The notes under the pieces are model-generated. The model was not told the DNA's origin. It made no database searches and saw nothing but the letters and a program-made list of their open reading frames with translations. From Dimargaris cristalligena (taxonomy: Eukaryota), in NCBI GenBank assembly GCA_003614675.1, contig ML002216.1, positions 1-64,000 of the forward strand: 64,000 bases of DNA, given 5' to 3'. Numbering within the stretch: position 1 is the stretch's first letter; each line of letters starts with the position of its first letter. Shown here one piece after another: positions 61,908 to 64,000 of this stretch. A program made the position numbers and the translations under genes.

Positions 61908-63920
61908 TTATGGGGCAGGGTGGGGGGGCACCGGCCGGGCCTGGTAATTGTTGGCCCCGCGGTAGCCTCCTCGGAAATTCGGGCTACCTCCACGGGGACT
62001 ATTGTAGTAACCGGCCTTGGCCCCGCGGGGTTTGAATCCACCACGACCCCCTCGGGTCCCCGACGAAGCAGAGTAGCCACCTGGCTGGCGGTGGTTATGG
62101 CCATTGGGGCCGGGGACTCCTGCCGAAGGGTGGTGGACGGGGTGCTGGTGCTGGTGATGAGGGTGTTGGTGGTGGGGAGGCATCGGTCCGTTGGGATGGG
62201 ACGTGTGCTGATAGTAGTAGTGGGGGTGGCCATAGACAGGGGGACCGGGCGGAAGGGGCATCCCCGGATAGCCTTGGCCTGGATAGACTGGCATTTGCTG
62301 CTGCTGTGGTTGTTGCTGAGCTCCCGAATAGGGGGGGTACATACCATTGGGATAGCCATTCGTATGGGGGACCACAGACGTACCAGGGCCCTCGGTGGCC
62401 GGGTTACCGATACTACTACTTCGGCTGCTGGTGCTTTGGTGACGGGGGACAGTCAAGTCTCCGCCATCAGTGGGAGGCGCCAAGCCCTCGTCGGGGACGC
62501 CGTTCACAGCACCGTAGGCATGGGGCGGCCAGTTCGGATCGTACGGCGGGGGATACCCCATCATCATACCCACTGGCATGTCACCACCCTCGGGCGCAGG
62601 GCTGTAGTGTGAGTACGGGGGATAGGGTGGGTAGGAACCAGGAGCCGCGTCGGCACCATCTCCACCGCCGGGATGCTGATTGACCGGTGGATAGGGTGAG
62701 TACATCATATAAGGAGCGGCCATCGGGGCACCCTCGCTACCGGGCCCAGAGTAAGAGGGCTCGATGTGGGAGCCCGGGGATCCGCCCGCGCTATCTGGGG
62801 GACCCATCCAAAGGGCACCATTAGGGACGGCGGGGTGGCCCGGCCAAGCGGACGGGTAGGGCACGGGCATCATGGGCGGGACACCGTTCGACATGACTTC
62901 CACCATTTCCGTGGGCGCGTAGTCAGACGTGGATTGATACTCGTCAGTCGGGGGAGTCGCGGCAAGAGGCTCTTTGTCCATCGAGATCACCACGATATCG
63001 CTCTCTTTGTCCATGGGCGCGGCAGCCGGTTTCTCGGAAACCGGGGACGGTGTCGGAGGATCGAAGATCACCGAAGGGCAAGTGAAACTGATGCCCGAGG
63101 CCGGGACGACCACATACTTGCGTAGCGAATCGCCGTGGTCGAAATCGACAAACTGATTCAGCTCCCGGAAAGTGGTGGGCATGGTGGTCTGGCCGGATAT
63201 GGAGGGCGACGGAGTGGCGGCGGCCCGACGGGTCAAGGAACGGGACGGCTTGAAATCAGCTGCGGTAGACTTAAGGATGCTCGGGAATGAAAGCTTGGGA
63301 GGCTGTCCGCGGCTATGGCTTGCCAGACGGGAGAGCAGCTTTTGCAACTCAGCATAGGTCAAGGTTACGTCGGGACTGAAATCGACCACAGTCTCCTCCC
63401 CCGCACGGATTGCCTGGAGTACTCGGCTCGTTTCAGTGGGCAAAGCCACCGGGTAGGTCTTGGCCTCAAGCGCGTGGGCGAACATAAATTGAAACAGTTT
63501 ATCCAGCGCGGTGCGCTCGGCGGTACTGAAACTTTGAGACTGCTTCACATCGGGGTATACGACTGAAAGTAAGTATAGGGTGTGGATGGTCTGGCCGGAG
63601 CGGTCCTCTTCGGCTTGGGGAGCGGAGGGGAGAGCTAAGAGCTGATCGAAAAGGCGCTCCAATTCCCGAAGGGTAGCCTCCAGGGGTCCGCGCTCAGCAG
63701 CGGACAAGGCGGGGTTGCGCACATTCTGCTTCAGCTCCTCGATGCGGAAAGCCAGGGTATCAAGATAGGGACTAGCAGGGATGGGTCGGGCCACAGGAGT
63801 CTGGGAGGCTTGGGTGGAGGCCGAGATCTCAGGGACCAGGCCGGAGTTGTCCACCGGTTCCGATTCTTTCTTCTTACGAGGGGCTTCGGAACGAGTGGCG
63901 GTCTTTTTGGACTTTGGCAT
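61908..63920 (-). CDS. Hypothetical protein: helical N-terminal domain, P/Y/G/H/Q-rich low-complexity region and C-terminal RGG box
   Basis: 670-aa ATG ORF. C-terminus TRGGRGGFKPRGAKAGYYNSPRGGSPNFRGGYRG. Confidence 0.7.
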   Translation of the reverse strand: MPKSKKTATRSEAPRKKKESEPVDNSGLVPEISASTQASQTPVARPIPASPYLDTLAFRIEELKQNVRNPALSAAERGPLEATLRELERLFDQLLALPSAPQAEEDRSGQTIHTLYLLSVVYPDVKQSQSFSTAERTALDKLFQFMFAHALEAKTYPVALPTETSRVLQAIRAGEETVVDFSPDVTLTYAELQKLLSRLASHSRGQPPKLSFPSILKSTAADFKPSRSLTRRAAATPSPSISGQTTMPTTFRELNQFVDFDHGDSLRKYVVVPASGISFTCPSVIFDPPTPSPVSEKPAAAPMDKESDIVVISMDKEPLAATPPTDEYQSTSDYAPTEMVEVMSNGVPPMMPVPYPSAWPGHPAVPNGALWMGPPDSAGGSPGSHIEPSYSGPGSEGAPMAAPYMMYSPYPPVNQHPGGGDGADAAPGSYPPYPPYSHYSPAPEGGDMPVGMMMGYPPPYDPNWPPHAYGAVNGVPDEGLAPPTDGGDLTVPRHQSTSSRSSSIGNPATEGPGTSVVPHTNGYPNGMYPPYSGAQQQPQQQQMPVYPGQGYPGMPLPPGPPVYGHPHYYYQHTSHPNGPMPPHHQHPHHQHQHPVHHPSAGVPGPNGHNHRQPGGYSASSGTRGGRGGFKPRGAKAGYYNSPRGGSPNFRGGYRGANNYQARPVPPHPAP

Positions 63921-64000
63921 CGAGTTGAAGTTGGTTTTGAAAAAAAATATGAAATACTAAAGTAGAATGATACATGGTTACGGAAATGGAGAAAGTAGCT

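Noticed and set aside
1-64000. tRNA, rRNA, CRISPR arrays, intact transposase or reverse-transcriptase ORFs
   Set aside because: None recognisable by eye; tRNAscan, Infernal and RepeatMasker were not run.

Overview
Fungal nuclear DNA (GT-AG introns, compact genes). The gene set and style suggest an early-diverging fungus, possibly Zoopagomycota, but this is inference only. Two gene-dense housekeeping blocks flank an AT-richer ~15 kb accessory island (~34-49 kb). The left block (1-33 kb) holds an Erf4/GOLGA7-like gene, an FCP1/NIF-like HAD gene, a Kelch-TM protein, VMA6, SDS22, a twin-CX9C protein, RPS20, ESA1, a CLC channel, a broken secreted F-box-like gene, an Mtf2-like gene, RPL37 and a 1114-aa fusion of 3-isopropylmalate dehydrogenase to a complete LeuC/LeuD-type Fe-S dehydratase. 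The right block (49-64 kb) holds a SUT1/SLC45-like sugar transporter, MTHFR, an MKK1-type MAPKK and an RGG-tailed protein. Highlights: (1) the intronless IPMDH-LeuC-LeuD fusion; (2) three small divergent genes in the island with a Tudor/SH3-barrel-like pattern and an identically placed phase-1 intron, visible only as fragments in the ORF track; (3) an apparently perfect 379-bp inverted repeat between two convergent genes; (4) a ~1.7 kb CpG desert over a decayed gene; (5) three apparent +1 frameshifts at 7-nt homopolymers, most likely sequencing errors. Exon coordinates were read by eye and may be off by a few bases.
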